The notes: generated by a model from the sequence alone, not told the origin. A stretch of 45,798 bases of DNA from Candidatus Parcubacteria bacterium (GCA_016196625.1 JACPXH010000003.1:1-45798); one strand, 5' to 3'. Shown: positions 16,882 to 27,378, counted from the first letter of the stretch. Numbers and translations are program-made.

Positions 16882-16910
16882 TTGACATTTTCTTGATATC
16901 ATAATACTGT
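16882..16910 (+). promoter_or_regulatory. sigma70-type promoter for the SDR gene
   Basis: TTGACA-17 nt-TACTGT. Confidence 0.55.
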
Positions 16911-17031
16911 TTGCGTCGGAGTTTAACTTGGTAATTCCGCGTAGTCTTGCTGCGCGGTCATGCCGCGCGGAGGGTCATCTGACCCATCAGGCGGCCGTGG
17001 ACATGGACTTGTATCGAAGGAGGGCGGGAGC

Positions 17032-17778
17032 ATGGGTTCTTTCGATGGGAAGCACGTTCTGGTAACAGGCGGGGCGAGCGGGATCGGGCTTGCGTGCGCA
17101 AGGGAATTTTCAGGTCAGGGAGGGCGGGTTGGCGTCCTCAATAAGCAGCATCCTAGGTCTGAAGTGTTCGCAGAAATACCTAAAGACTTCAGCACTTTTC
17201 TGACGGTGGATGTTTCACAGCGGCTTGAAGTCGACCGAGCGTTCCGCCACCCGGCATTTCACGCAGGCGTTGATGTACTCGTCAACAACGCGGGCATTGA
17301 GGAGCAGTTCTCTCTTGCGGATCCAGACTACGATGTTTGGACGCGCGTCCACGAGGCTAACGTGAGGGGCGCGCTCTACGTGACCGAGTTCGCTCTCAAG
17401 GTGATGAGTTCTGGGGGCGCGATTGTCTTTATCACGTCGGTCCATACGATTCAGGCGTGGAGGGGTAATGCCGCGTACGATGCCTCCAAGCACGCGCTCT
17501 TGGGGGTCATGCGGTCGCTGGCGCTCGATCTGGCGCCGGCCGGCATTCGGGTCAATGCGGTGGCCCCCGGCATGATCTACCCGACTGGTATTACGAGTCG
17601 GCTATCGCCAGCGCAGGCTGATGCTCTTGGTCAAAAGGTGCCAGTGGGGCGCTACGGTCGGCCCGAGGAGGTGGCCAAGGTCGTCGCGTTCCTTGCTTCG
17701 GACGAGGCAAGCTACATTACGGGCCAGCAGATCGTGGTGGACGGGGGATTGACCATCACGAACGTCCTAGGTACTTGA
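17032..17778 (+). CDS. SDR family NAD(P)-dependent oxidoreductase
   Basis: [14 protein letters not shown], catalytic [37 protein letters not shown] upstream of ATG 17032. Confidence 0.93.
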   Translation: MGSFDGKHVLVTGGASGIGLACAREFSGQGGRVGVLNKQHPRSEVFAEIPKDFSTFLTVDVSQRLEVDRAFRHPAFHAGVDVLVNNAGIEEQFSLADPDYDVWTRVHEANVRGALYVTEFALKVMSSGGAIVFITSVHTIQAWRGNAAYDASKHALLGVMRSLALDLAPAGIRVNAVAPGMIYPTGITSRLSPAQADALGQKVPVGRYGRPEEVAKVVAFLASDEASYITGQQIVVDGGLTITNVLGT

Positions 17779-17820
17779 TCCAGTGTGCGCCGCGGCCCTT
17801 GGCCGCGGCGCACCTTCATT

Positions 17821-17979
17821 ATTTACCCAACGCACCACAAGGCCATCGTCTCCTGCTCGCCTCGCTTCGCGGGCGAAGCGGGCCGGTGGATGAATGGTTG
17901 GTGCGTAGGCCTTCGGTGCGGGGTTCCGTTCCGCCACCGAAACACGAGGTGCCGCCGACTCCCGTCGGCGGGGCTCCAC
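17821..17979 (-). repeat. 159-bp palindromic repeat element, an inverted copy of the element inside tig
   Basis: Reverse complement aligns closely to 34624-34791; the tig copy has an extra ATCCACCGG duplication. Confidence 0.9.
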
Positions 17980-18018
17980 CGTGGCCCCATCTTGTTTTAG
18001 TTTTAGTCTATCAGTATA

Positions 18019-18795
18019 ATGGCTCTCGCACGTTCAATGGCGACCAAAAATCTCTCTGAAACCGAACTAAAAATTCCGAACCACGTAGCCATCATTCCTG
18101 ATGGCAATCGCCGCTGGGCAAAAGAACGCGGGTTGCCCGGGTGGATTGGGCATCGCTATGGCGCGCGGGCCTTCTTGGCGAACGTCCGCGAGGCGCTCAA
18201 GCTCCGAGTGCCGAATGTGTCGTTCTGGGCATCTTCTAAAGACAACATCACAAAGCGCGAGGCAACCGAGGTGAGGCATCTACTCGCGATTTATAAGCGT
18301 GAGTTCGCACGCCTCGCGAAATCCCACGAAATCCACGACAACAAAGTCCGGGTGAATATCCTTGGCGAGTGGCGGCGGCTGTTCCCGGACGAGGTGTGCC
18401 GGGTTTTTGACAAGGCTATTGCGGCCACGAAAGAGTACGCTCGCCACAACCTTAATTTTTTTATGGCCTATGACGGTCAGACCGAGATGTTGCGCGCGGT
18501 CGAGAGTATCGTCGCGCAAGCATCCGGAGTAGCTGGCCGTGGCGCAAAGACGGGGACGGCTGTTGCCGTAACGCCGGCGTTGCTCAAAACGAATCTCTAC
18601 ACGCGCGAGCTCCCGCCGGTGGATCTGGTGATTCGCACGGGTGGCGAGTCGCATTGGTCAGCTGGGTTCATGATGTGGGATTGCGCGAACGCGCAACTCT
18701 ACTTTACCGATAAACTCTACCCGGACTTTGGGGCCAAAGAGTTCCACGCGGCGATCGAGGATTACTCCCGCCGCGAACGACGGTTTGGAGCATAG
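18019..18795 (+). CDS. uppS: Undecaprenyl diphosphate synthase (start possibly 18037)
   Basis: IPNHVAIIPDGNRRWA, GHRYG, DLVIRTGGE, LYFTDKLYPDF, RERRFGA. Confidence 0.95.
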   Translation: MALARSMATKNLSETELKIPNHVAIIPDGNRRWAKERGLPGWIGHRYGARAFLANVREALKLRVPNVSFWASSKDNITKREATEVRHLLAIYKREFARLAKSHEIHDNKVRVNILGEWRRLFPDEVCRVFDKAIAATKEYARHNLNFFMAYDGQTEMLRAVESIVAQASGVAGRGAKTGTAVAVTPALLKTNLYTRELPPVDLVIRTGGESHWSAGFMMWDCANAQLYFTDKLYPDFGAKEFHAAIEDYSRRERRFGA

Positions 18796-18913
18796 GCATA
18801 AACTGTTGGGGCGGGCGCCGGTGCCTCCGAGGCGACATCCGCAGTCGAGCGGCATGGTCCGTGCACTCATCGTAGTGAGTGCACGGCACCCACCCACCCA
18901 CAAAATTACCCCC

Positions 18914-19300
18914 ATGCCCCAAACCCAGAAGCAGTTTATCGGCCGCCACGGCGAAGAGGCCGCCGCGGCTTTTTTGCGCCGCCTCGGTTATCGCATCATT
19001 GAGACAAACTGGCGACCTAGGCGGGGCAGGGGAGAGCTTGACCTCATCGCTTCGCATCGCGGGGCGCTGGTGTTTGTCGAGGTAAAGACGCGCCACGCCG
19101 CAGTCACGCCTTTTCCGGCCGAGGCGAACATCACGCCGACAAAAATCCGCCATCTCCAGCAGCTCGCCGCCCGGTACCTCTTGGAGCATCCCGTTTGGCA
19201 GTCAGGCCCCGCACAGATTGACGTCATCGCGGTTGAGTTTACAGAAGGGCGCGCGCCAGTTATCCGGCATTGGCCGCGCGCAGTCGGAGCGCCGCGGTAG
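18914..19300 (+). CDS. yraN: YraN family (UPF0102) endonuclease-like protein
   Basis: GRHGEEAAAAFL..GYRIIETNWR..GELDLI..LVFVEVKTR..QIDVIAV. Confidence 0.92.
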   Translation: MPQTQKQFIGRHGEEAAAAFLRRLGYRIIETNWRPRRGRGELDLIASHRGALVFVEVKTRHAAVTPFPAEANITPTKIRHLQQLAARYLLEHPVWQSGPAQIDVIAVEFTEGRAPVIRHWPRAVGAPR

Positions 19301-19385
19301 GGCCTGTGTATTACCGCGGTGTGCTCATGTGGTATAATAGGATGGTTGTGACTGCGACGATTTTGCTTTTGGTCGTCACCCTCCA

Positions 19386-22300
19386 ATGAAATTTTTCCAA
19401 CGTCTGCGCGCGCGCCCTTTCTCCGAGCGGGGCTTTACCGCGCGAGAACGCCGCCAAGTCCTCGCGGCAACAAGAAATAAAGACGTTGCGGGCGTCGCAC
19501 TGCCGCTCGCAGCGAAATCGCCAGCGCCCGCTCGGGCGGGGTTTACAATCGTGGAGGTGCTCATTACGATCGGGCTCCTTATTTTGGTCATGTTCGGGAT
19601 TTACGGCGCCTACAGCCTCATGATCCGGCTGACCGGCCAAAGCCGGGCGCAGACCGTGGGGCTGCAGCTGGCTCAGGAAAAAATTGAATTTATCCGTAAC
19701 CTGCCCTACCAGAGCGTGGGCGTGGTCGGCGCCGTCCCAGCCGGGGTCGTGCCGGCAAGCGAGAGCATGTCACGCAGCAGCGTCCAGTTTACCGTCAATA
19801 CCACTATTCGGAACATTGACGACCCCTTTGACGGAGATGCGGCCGGGTCCATTCCGGGCAAGCCCGTGGATACCGACCCGGTTGATTATAAACGCGTGGA
19901 GGTTCAGATAACATGCGCAGCGTGTCCGAGCGGTTCACCCATTGTGCTTACGACCAATGTGGTGCCCAGAGGCGTGGAGGCTGGTGCGAGTACGGGATCG
20001 CTCCTTGTGAGGGTCATCAACAAATCCGGTCAGCCCGTCGCGCAGGCCGCCGTGGGCATCAAGAACGCCGGCGTCTCGCCCACCGTTGATTTCACCGACA
20101 CGACCGATGTGAACGGCAAGCTCATGGTCGTGGGCATGCCGGCTGCTTCGGGCTACCGCCTGACGATTGCCAAGCCCGGCTACTCGAGCGACGGCACGCT
20201 CCCGCCGGGAGATCCCAAGAATCCCAACCCGGTTAAGCCCGACCCCACGATTGTGGCCGGTCAGATAACGGAGCTCACGTTCTCTATTGATCGGGTGAGC
20301 ACCCTGGTCGTTAAAACCGCCAATCAGGCGTGCGAGAGTATCGGCTACGTGAGCGCGCATGTCCAAGGGCAGACGCTCATCGGCACCAATCCCGACGTGC
20401 CCAAGACCTCATTTGAGCTGGCGACAGACTCTTACGTGGGCGGCGTTGCGACCCCCCCCGCTAACCCAACCGTGGCGGGATCAGTCAACGACTCGACAAA
20501 TTTGTCCAACCCCATTTCCGTCTTCGTTTCCGGCCCGTATGCCTATGTGGCGGCATACTCCGGCAACCGCCTGACTGTGGTTAACGTCTCCAATCCTGCG
20601 AGTCCAACGGTAACCGGTTCGGTCATGGACGCAACAAGGCTAGGGGGATCTTCCTCCGTCTTCGTCTCCGGCCAGTATGCCTATGTGACCGCAGACTTCG
20701 GCAACCGCCTGACCGTGGTTAACGTCTCCAATCCTGCGAGTCCAACGGTAACCGGTTCGGTCAAAGACAATACCAATCTAAGCAGACCCATGTCCGTCTT
20801 CGTCTCCGGCCAGTATGCCTATGTGGCAGCACACGAAGGCAGCCGCCTCACTGTGGTTGACGTGCTCAACCCTGCGAGCCCGACCGTGGTTGGCTCGGCC
20901 TACGACGCGACAAATTTGGACGGTCCCTACTCCGTCTTCGTCTCCGGCCAGTATGCCTATGTGGCACTAGACTATAGCAACCGTCTGACCGTGGTTGATA
21001 TCTCTAACCCTTTAAGCCCAACGGTAGTAGGTTCAGTGAGTGACGCAACAAATTTGGACAATTCCGCCTCCGTCTTCGTCTCCGGCCAGTATGCCTATGT
21101 GGCGGCAACCATTGGCAACCGCCTCACCGTGGTTGACGTCTCCAACCCCTCCAGTCCCACCGTGGTGGGTTCAATCAACGACGCGACCAACCTGTACGGA
21201 GCTCGCTCCGTCCGCGTCTCCGGCCGGTACGCCTATGTGGCAGTAAGCGCTGGCAACCGTCTCACCGTGGTTGACGTCTCCAACCCCTCCAGCCCAACCG
21301 TGGTGGGTTCAATCAACGACGCGACCAACCTGAACTACCCCGTTTCCGTCTTCGTCTCCGGCCGCTACGCCTATGTGGCGGCATTCGACGGCAGCCGCCT
21401 CACCGTGGTTGACCTCGGGCAGTGGGTTGACACGTCGCCCATCTCGCCCGCCGTCGTCGGCAGCGTTAACGACGCGACCAATCTGAATTTCCCTGCCTCC
21501 GTCTTCGTCTCTGGCCGGTACGCCTATGTGGCAGCGGCCACTGGCAACCGCCTCACTGTAGTTGATATCTCTAATCCCTCAAGTCCAACTGTGATGGGTT
21601 CGGTCAGAGACGCGACCAATCTGAACAACCCTATCTCCGTCTTCGTCTCTGGCCGGTACGCCTATGTGGCAGCATTCAGCGGTAACCGCCTCACCGTGGT
21701 TGACGTCTCTAATCTCTCAAGTCCCACAGTGACAGGTTCAGTCAACGATGACACAAATTTGAATGGCGCCTATTCAGTCTTCGTCTCCGGCCGCTATGCC
21801 TATGTAGTGGCACAAACCGGCAACCGCTTGACCGTGGTTGACGTCTCCAACCCCTCAAGTCCCACAGTGGTGGGTTCAGTCAATGATGCCGTAAATCTGA
21901 ACACCTCTTACTCCGTCTTCGTCTCCGGCCGGTACGCGTATGTAGCAGCATTCTCCGGCAACCGCCTCACTGTAGTTGATATCTCTAATCCCTCAAGTCC
22001 AACTGTGGTGGGTTCGGTCAATGACGCGACCAATCTGAACGGCGCTATCTCTGTCTTCGTCTCTGGCCGGTACGCCTATGTGGCAGCATTCTTCGGCAAA
22101 CGCCTCACGGTGGTTGATATCTCCAATCCCTCAAGTCCAACTGTGGTTGGCTCGGTCAGAGACACGACCAATCTGAGCGGCGCCCGCTCCGTCTTCGTCT
22201 CCGGCCGGTATGCGTATGTGGCGGCATACTCCGGCAACCGCCTCGCTGTAGTTGATATCTCCAATCCCTCAAGTCCAACTGTGGTGAGTTCAGTCAATGA

Positions 22301-23354
22301 CGCGACCAATCTGAATTTCCCTATCTCCGTCTTCGTCTCCGGCCGGTACGCGTATGTGGGGGTATACACCGGCGACCGTCTCACGGTGGTTGATCTTGGC
22401 AGTTACGTTGAGACGCCCACAACCGCCGGTACCTGGCAGAAGGTGGTGCCGAACCTGGAGGCGGATTCGTATTCGGTTAGCCTCACGCCCCTGCAGCAGT
22501 ATGACCTTGCGGGGACGATTCCGATTTTGCCGGTGAATCTGCTGCCGAATTCGAATCAAGACTTGACGCTCGTCTTGGCCAATAAGACCGCTCACAGCCT
22601 CCGGGTTTCGGTGCGCGACAGCGCTACCGGCTTGCCGCTTTCTGACGCCGCGGTAACGCTCCAGCGCGGGCCGTTTAACCAGACGATTCAAAGCGGCGCA
22701 GGCTACTTTAATCAAACCGATTGGTCCGGCGGGCCGGGCCAAGACACCTATGGCAATTACACTCGGTACTGGGCTGATGACGGTAACGTGGATACCACCG
22801 GTTCAGCGGCCGGAAAGATCGCGCTCAAAAAAATCGGCGGGCAATACCCGGCCTCCGGCACCTTGATTTCTTCCACGGTTGATTTTGGCGAATCCGTAAA
22901 TCCAATTTCGATTTTGTGGAATCAGAGCGTGCAGTTCATTGAAGGTCCGCCGCCGCAGAAGTTTCAAATTGCGACGAATAACGACAATGCGACCTGGAAC
23001 TTCCTTGGTCCTGACGGGACAGCAAATACCTTTTATACGGTCGGTAATACTTCCCTCAATGCGATCCATAATGGTTCCCGCTATCTTCGCTATCAGGTAA
23101 TGCTCAAGGCGCCGCCCGGCGGGGTTGCCGAAGGGGGGGTGGGGCAAGTCGTTGCCCAAGCGCCGCAGGAGATCCATGATATCGCGGTTACGTATGCCAA
23201 GGGCTGTGCTACACCCGGTCAGGCGTTTTTCTCGGACGTGCCCACCGAAACCTATAACCTCAAGATACGCAAAGACGGGTATCAGTCCTTGACGAATCAG
23301 GTGACCGTACAGGGCGCCACTTCCGTAGACGTGGTCTTAAGTCCGCTCCAATAA
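19386..23354 (+). CDS. Giant prepilin-type (PilV/PulI-like) protein with carboxypeptidase-regulatory-like domains and 14 LVIVD repeats
   Basis: GFTIVEVLITIG N-methylation motif. Paralogous to 25501..27378 except for a ~660-aa repeat insertion. Confidence 0.88.
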   Translation: MKFFQRLRARPFSERGFTARERRQVLAATRNKDVAGVALPLAAKSPAPARAGFTIVEVLITIGLLILVMFGIYGAYSLMIRLTGQSRAQTVGLQLAQEKIEFIRNLPYQSVGVVGAVPAGVVPASESMSRSSVQFTVNTTIRNIDDPFDGDAAGSIPGKPVDTDPVDYKRVEVQITCAACPSGSPIVLTTNVVPRGVEAGASTGSLLVRVINKSGQPVAQAAVGIKNAGVSPTVDFTDTTDVNGKLMVVGMPAASGYRLTIAKPGYSSDGTLPPGDPKNPNPVKPDPTIVAGQITELTFSIDRVSTLVVKTANQACESIGYVSAHVQGQTLIGTNPDVPKTSFELATDSYVGGVATPPANPTVAGSVNDSTNLSNPISVFVSGPYAYVAAYSGNRLTVVNVSNPASPTVTGSVMDATRLGGSSSVFVSGQYAYVTADFGNRLTVVNVSNPASPTVTGSVKDNTNLSRPMSVFVSGQYAYVAAHEGSRLTVVDVLNPASPTVVGSAYDATNLDGPYSVFVSGQYAYVALDYSNRLTVVDISNPLSPTVVGSVSDATNLDNSASVFVSGQYAYVAATIGNRLTVVDVSNPSSPTVVGSINDATNLYGARSVRVSGRYAYVAVSAGNRLTVVDVSNPSSPTVVGSINDATNLNYPVSVFVSGRYAYVAAFDGSRLTVVDLGQWVDTSPISPAVVGSVNDATNLNFPASVFVSGRYAYVAAATGNRLTVVDISNPSSPTVMGSVRDATNLNNPISVFVSGRYAYVAAFSGNRLTVVDVSNLSSPTVTGSVNDDTNLNGAYSVFVSGRYAYVVAQTGNRLTVVDVSNPSSPTVVGSVNDAVNLNTSYSVFVSGRYAYVAAFSGNRLTVVDISNPSSPTVVGSVNDATNLNGAISVFVSGRYAYVAAFFGKRLTVVDISNPSSPTVVGSVRDTTNLSGARSVFVSGRYAYVAAYSGNRLAVVDISNPSSPTVVSSVNDATNLNFPISVFVSGRYAYVGVYTGDRLTVVDLGSYVETPTTAGTWQKVVPNLEADSYSVSLTPLQQYDLAGTIPILPVNLLPNSNQDLTLVLANKTAHSLRVSVRDSATGLPLSDAAVTLQRGPFNQTIQSGAGYFNQTDWSGGPGQDTYGNYTRYWADDGNVDTTGSAAGKIALKKIGGQYPASGTLISSTVDFGESVNPISILWNQSVQFIEGPPPQKFQIATNNDNATWNFLGPDGTANTFYTVGNTSLNAIHNGSRYLRYQVMLKAPPGGVAEGGVGQVVAQAPQEIHDIAVTYAKGCATPGQAFFSDVPTETYNLKIRKDGYQSLTNQVTVQGATSVDVVLSPLQ
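20461..22400 (+). repeat. 14 tandem 138-bp (46-aa) LVIVD repeats in two blocks of 7
   Basis: Unit NPSSPTVVGSVNDATNLxxxxSVFVSGRYAYVAxxxGNRLTVVD(I/V)S; each block of 7 ends in VVDLG. Confidence 0.95.
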
Positions 23355-23472
23355 GCAGCGCGTGACCGACGGTGAACATGGCATTCTGCTCTGCGGGCAA
23401 TCGGCGGGAGGGGCAGCTTGGCATGTTCCTGGGTGCGCCGAGATTTTTTTGCGAGGAGTTCCTCGTGCCGCG

Positions 23473-24111
23473 ATGCGTACCAAACACATGAGTTGCGCTT
23501 GGCCGCACCCTGCCACGGACAGACGCAGTGGTTTTACGCTCATGGAACTGCTTGTGGGGATGACGATCGTGATAACCGTGGGCATCGTGGCATTCGCCTT
23601 TGCCAATTCCACCATCACCACAAGCGGCTTTTTGTCCAGACGCACCTTTGCCCAACAGGACGGCCGGCGGGTGCTCGAAGCGTTCAGCCTGGAATTCCGC
23701 AAGGCCGCGCTTTCGGCGGTTGGTTCGTACCCCATCGAAGCCGCTTCTTCAACCAGCGTGGTGTTTTACGCGGATATTGATCGCGACGGCTTGGTGGAGC
23801 GGGTCAGATATTTTGTGGACGGTCCCACGCTGAAAAAAGGCGTGCTTCGTCCTTCGGGGGCGTTGCCAACCTACGACCTGGCCGCAGAAAAAGTGAAGGC
23901 AATGGTTCCCTTTATCGCGAACCCCCAAGTGTTTCGCTACTACGACAGCACCTATACCGGTACGGAAGCGCCCCTGCCCGATCCGGCTGACCCGCAGAAA
24001 GTTCGGTATGTCGCGATGCAGCTTGTGATTGACGAAAACCTGGCCGTCCCACCCGAGGCCTTGGTGCTTAGCACGACCGTTGCCCTGCGTAACCTAAAAG
24101 ACAATCTATGA
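23473..24111 (+). CDS. Minor pilin / pseudopilin (PilW/PulJ-like), copy 1 (start 23473 or 23488)
   Basis: GFTLMELLVGM motif; C-terminus LRNLKDNL; paralog of 27469..28119. Confidence 0.85.
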   Translation: MRTKHMSCAWPHPATDRRSGFTLMELLVGMTIVITVGIVAFAFANSTITTSGFLSRRTFAQQDGRRVLEAFSLEFRKAALSAVGSYPIEAASSTSVVFYADIDRDGLVERVRYFVDGPTLKKGVLRPSGALPTYDLAAEKVKAMVPFIANPQVFRYYDSTYTGTEAPLPDPADPQKVRYVAMQLVIDENLAVPPEALVLSTTVALRNLKDNL

Positions 24112-25499
24112 ATTGGGGGACGGTTGGCAGACGGGCCAAACGTGGCAATATTCTGTTTGTGGTGCTTGTGCTGGGGGGGCTAGCCGCGTTTCTCATCGGC
24201 GGGCTCGTGCAGCTGGGGGTTTCAGAGTACCGGGCCGGCCAAACCAAGACGGCCAAGGAAATTGCGTTTAACCTCGCCGAGGCTGGCGTGGAATACTATA
24301 AATGGCATTTGGCGCACGACCCCAATGATTTCCAGGACGGCACTGGTCAGCCAGGGCCGTACGTACGCACGTACACCGACAAGAACGGGATCGTCATCGG
24401 GAGCTTTTCTTTGGACATTACTCCTCCGCCCGTGGGTTCGAGTATCGCGCAGATCCGCTCCACCGGCTGGTCAGTGGCCGCACCGTTTGTCCGGCAGTCG
24501 GTGGTCGTGCGTGTGGGGCGTCCATCACTTGCTGAATACGCGTTCGTGACGAATGCAAATGCGTTCGTTCCCGCCGGCGCCTTTCACGGCAAGCTCCATG
24601 CGAACGGCGGCCTTCGGTTTGACGGTACGGCCGACGCCGCCATTACGAGCGCGAAAGACACCTATGTCTGTGAGCCGGCTGACGGCTGCGACCCGTCAGA
24701 GGTGAAGCCCGGGATCTGGAGCGCTGCGGGTGCGCCGACCACATTCTGGCAGTTTCCCGCAGCCAGCGTTGACTTCGGAGCCATTGCCGCGGACCTTGCC
24801 AGCTTGAAGAGCCTCGCTCAAACCGATGGATTGTACCTTGCGTCCTCCGGCGCCAACGGCTATCTGCTGCAGTTTAACCCCGACGGGACATTCAGTATTT
24901 TTACCGTTACCGTGCTTCAACCCCCGGTGGTTGGCACTGACGTGAACGGTATCGTCCACACTGATTCTAACGACATCCAAAGCACCACGTTTGTGGAAAC
25001 GAGAGCACTCCCGGCGAGCGGCATCGTCTTTGTTGAGGACCACGTGTGGGTGGAAGGCACGGTTTCCGGGTTGGTTACGATTGGTTCGGGCCGATTTCCA
25101 GACAACCCGGCGACGCGCTCCAATATTGTGATTAATCGTGACATTACCTATGTCAGAAAAGACGGTTCTGCCGCCCTCGGGTTGGTGGCACAACAAAACA
25201 TCCTGATTCCGTACCTGTCGCCTGTTGATTTGGAAATTGACGCGGCGATGGTGGCGATCAATGGGAGCGTTCAGCGGTACCTCTACGCCGGAGACATCAA
25301 AAACCGTTTGAGTATCTACGGCAGCGTTATTTCTTACGGGAAGTGGATGTGGACATGGATGAGCGGGGGAGGCGGGCCGGTTGTGTCCGGGTACAGCAGT
25401 TCGGATACGGCCTACGATGCGCATCTAGCGAGCGTCCCACCGCCCGGATTCCCGCTCAAAAGCTCATCCTATCAGCTCATTTCTTGGCAGGAGGAATAA
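24108..25499 (+). CDS. PilX-like minor pilin / assembly protein, copy 1
   Basis: RGNILFVVLV leader without E5; AFNLAEAGVEYYKWHL; ends ISWQEE. Confidence 0.85.
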   Translation: MNWGTVGRRAKRGNILFVVLVLGGLAAFLIGGLVQLGVSEYRAGQTKTAKEIAFNLAEAGVEYYKWHLAHDPNDFQDGTGQPGPYVRTYTDKNGIVIGSFSLDITPPPVGSSIAQIRSTGWSVAAPFVRQSVVVRVGRPSLAEYAFVTNANAFVPAGAFHGKLHANGGLRFDGTADAAITSAKDTYVCEPADGCDPSEVKPGIWSAAGAPTTFWQFPAASVDFGAIAADLASLKSLAQTDGLYLASSGANGYLLQFNPDGTFSIFTVTVLQPPVVGTDVNGIVHTDSNDIQSTTFVETRALPASGIVFVEDHVWVEGTVSGLVTIGSGRFPDNPATRSNIVINRDITYVRKDGSAALGLVAQQNILIPYLSPVDLEIDAAMVAINGSVQRYLYAGDIKNRLSIYGSVISYGKWMWTWMSGGGGPVVSGYSSSDTAYDAHLASVPPPGFPLKSSSYQLISWQEE

Positions 25500-25500
25500 C

Positions 25501-27378
25501 GTGAACGCCATAAGCCCCATAAGTCCGCAAAAAGGTGGAGCCCCACGCGCAGAGCCCGTGGCCCCCTGGTGCGCGGGTAGGCGAGGCGCGGGTATCAGCC
25601 TTGTCGGGGTCGTCATTGCCGTCGGCATCTTCGCCTTCTTCTCCGCCGGAATCTACGGCGCCTACGTTCTTATGATTCGGCTGAATGCCCAGAATCGCGC
25701 TACGGTCGTGGGGCTGCAGCTGGCCCAGGAGAAGCTTGAGCTGGTGCGCAACCTTCCGTTCGTTGACATCGGGGTTGCGGGCGGCGTCCCCTCCGGGGTG
25801 CTTCAGCAAACCGAGGAGGCCAGTCGCGATGGGATTAATTTTACGATAACGACGACCGTGCGCAACATTGACGATCCGTATGACGGCGATTTCGGGGGCA
25901 CGGTGCCGGGCAAGCCCCGCGATCTCGCGCCGGCAGACTATAAGCGGGTCGAGATTCGGATACGTTGCGTCGTGTGTCCCGCGGACCCGCCGATCCTGCT
26001 TACTACGAACGCGGTACCCAAGGGGCTCGAAGGCGCTTCGGCGAACGGCGCGCTTTTTATTACGGTGTTCGACGCGAATGGTCAGGCGGTTCCGCAAGCG
26101 ACCGTGCGCGTTCAAAATCCGGATGTTTCCCCGCCGATTGACTTTATCGATACGACCGATAACGGAGGGAGGCTGCAGATCGTGGACATCCCGCCGTCGG
26201 TTGAGCGCTACGAGATTATCGCAACGAAGTCCGGGTACTCGTCAGATTTCACTCTGCCGCCGGGCGCGCCCGCGAACCCCAACCCCGCAAAACCCCACGC
26301 GACCGTAGCCGCACAAACCATAACCGAGATCAGCTTCGCGATTGATCGCGTGAGCACAGTGAATTTGGCGACGGTCAACCAACTCTGTCAGGCGGTGGGT
26401 TCAGTCGGCGTGCACCTGGAAGGCGCGAAAGCCATCGGTCAGAACCCGACCCTGTTTAAGACCGTGATTGACACGACGACCGCTGCGAACGGCCGCCGGA
26501 CACTGACTGACCTCGAGTGGGACTCATACAGCGTGAACGTGACCAGCGCCGGCTACGATATCGCGGGTACGATTCCGCTCTTGCCATTGAATCTCCTGCC
26601 GAATTCTTTGCAGAACGTAACATTGGTGCTCGCGCCCAACACAGCCAATTCGCTGCGTGTGCTCGTGCGTGACAGCATGACGGGTTTGCCTCTTTCGGGC
26701 GCCCAGGTGCGGCTCCAGCGCGGCACATTCGACGAGACCCGCGAGACGGGCAAGGGCTATGTCCGGCAGACCGACTGGTCCGGCGGCGCAGGCCAAGCGC
26801 TGTTTACCGACCCCAGCCGGTACTGGAGCGACAACGGCGATGTGGACGTAACGAGCTCCGGGCCCGGGCCGGGCGGCAGCATCAGGCTGCGCCGACTAGC
26901 GGGAAATTATCTCACGCCCGGCATACTCGAATCGTCCACCGTGGACTTCGAGGGCCCCACGAACCCGGTGAACATCGTCTGGAGTCCGGGCAGCCAGCCG
27001 CCGGAGACGGGTACGAGTTCGGTAGCGTTCCAAATCGCATCGAACAACGATAATCAAACGTGGGTGTTCCGCGGCCCGGACGGCACGGCCAGCACGTCGT
27101 ATACCGTGATCGGGAGCGCCATCAACCCAATCCACAACAGTACCCGCTACCTGCGCTACCGGGCGACGCTCACGACCGAGAGTGCCACGAACACTCCGGA
27201 GGTGTCGGATGTCGCGCCCACATTCACGGCTGGCTGCTTGTCGCCGGGTCAGGTGTTCTTTCCGGGGCTCGCGAACGGGTCGCACGATCTCACCGTGAGC
27301 TACCCGGGCTATCAGTCTTTCACCGGCGCGGTGGACATCAGCGGGGATGCGGTGTTCGAGGTAGTTCTTAGTCCATGA
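25501..27378 (+). CDS. Prepilin-type PilV-like protein with carboxypeptidase-regulatory-like domains, copy 2 (no LVIVD block)
   Basis: Degenerate motif GISLVGVVIAVG; colinear with the N- and C-terminal parts of 19386..23354 (LAQEKLELVRNLP, RNIDDPYDG, QTDWSGG). Confidence 0.85.
   Translation: MNAISPISPQKGGAPRAEPVAPWCAGRRGAGISLVGVVIAVGIFAFFSAGIYGAYVLMIRLNAQNRATVVGLQLAQEKLELVRNLPFVDIGVAGGVPSGVLQQTEEASRDGINFTITTTVRNIDDPYDGDFGGTVPGKPRDLAPADYKRVEIRIRCVVCPADPPILLTTNAVPKGLEGASANGALFITVFDANGQAVPQATVRVQNPDVSPPIDFIDTTDNGGRLQIVDIPPSVERYEIIATKSGYSSDFTLPPGAPANPNPAKPHATVAAQTITEISFAIDRVSTVNLATVNQLCQAVGSVGVHLEGAKAIGQNPTLFKTVIDTTTAANGRRTLTDLEWDSYSVNVTSAGYDIAGTIPLLPLNLLPNSLQNVTLVLAPNTANSLRVLVRDSMTGLPLSGAQVRLQRGTFDETRETGKGYVRQTDWSGGAGQALFTDPSRYWSDNGDVDVTSSGPGPGGSIRLRRLAGNYLTPGILESSTVDFEGPTNPVNIVWSPGSQPPETGTSSVAFQIASNNDNQTWVFRGPDGTASTSYTVIGSAINPIHNSTRYLRYRATLTTESATNTPEVSDVAPTFTAGCLSPGQVFFPGLANGSHDLTVSYPGYQSFTGAVDISGDAVFEVVLSP

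Noticed and set aside
20461-22400. Regular repeats with variable segments, considered as a CRISPR array
   Set aside because: The 138-bp period is in frame within a protein, the inter-repeat sequence is itself homologous, and there are no cas genes.
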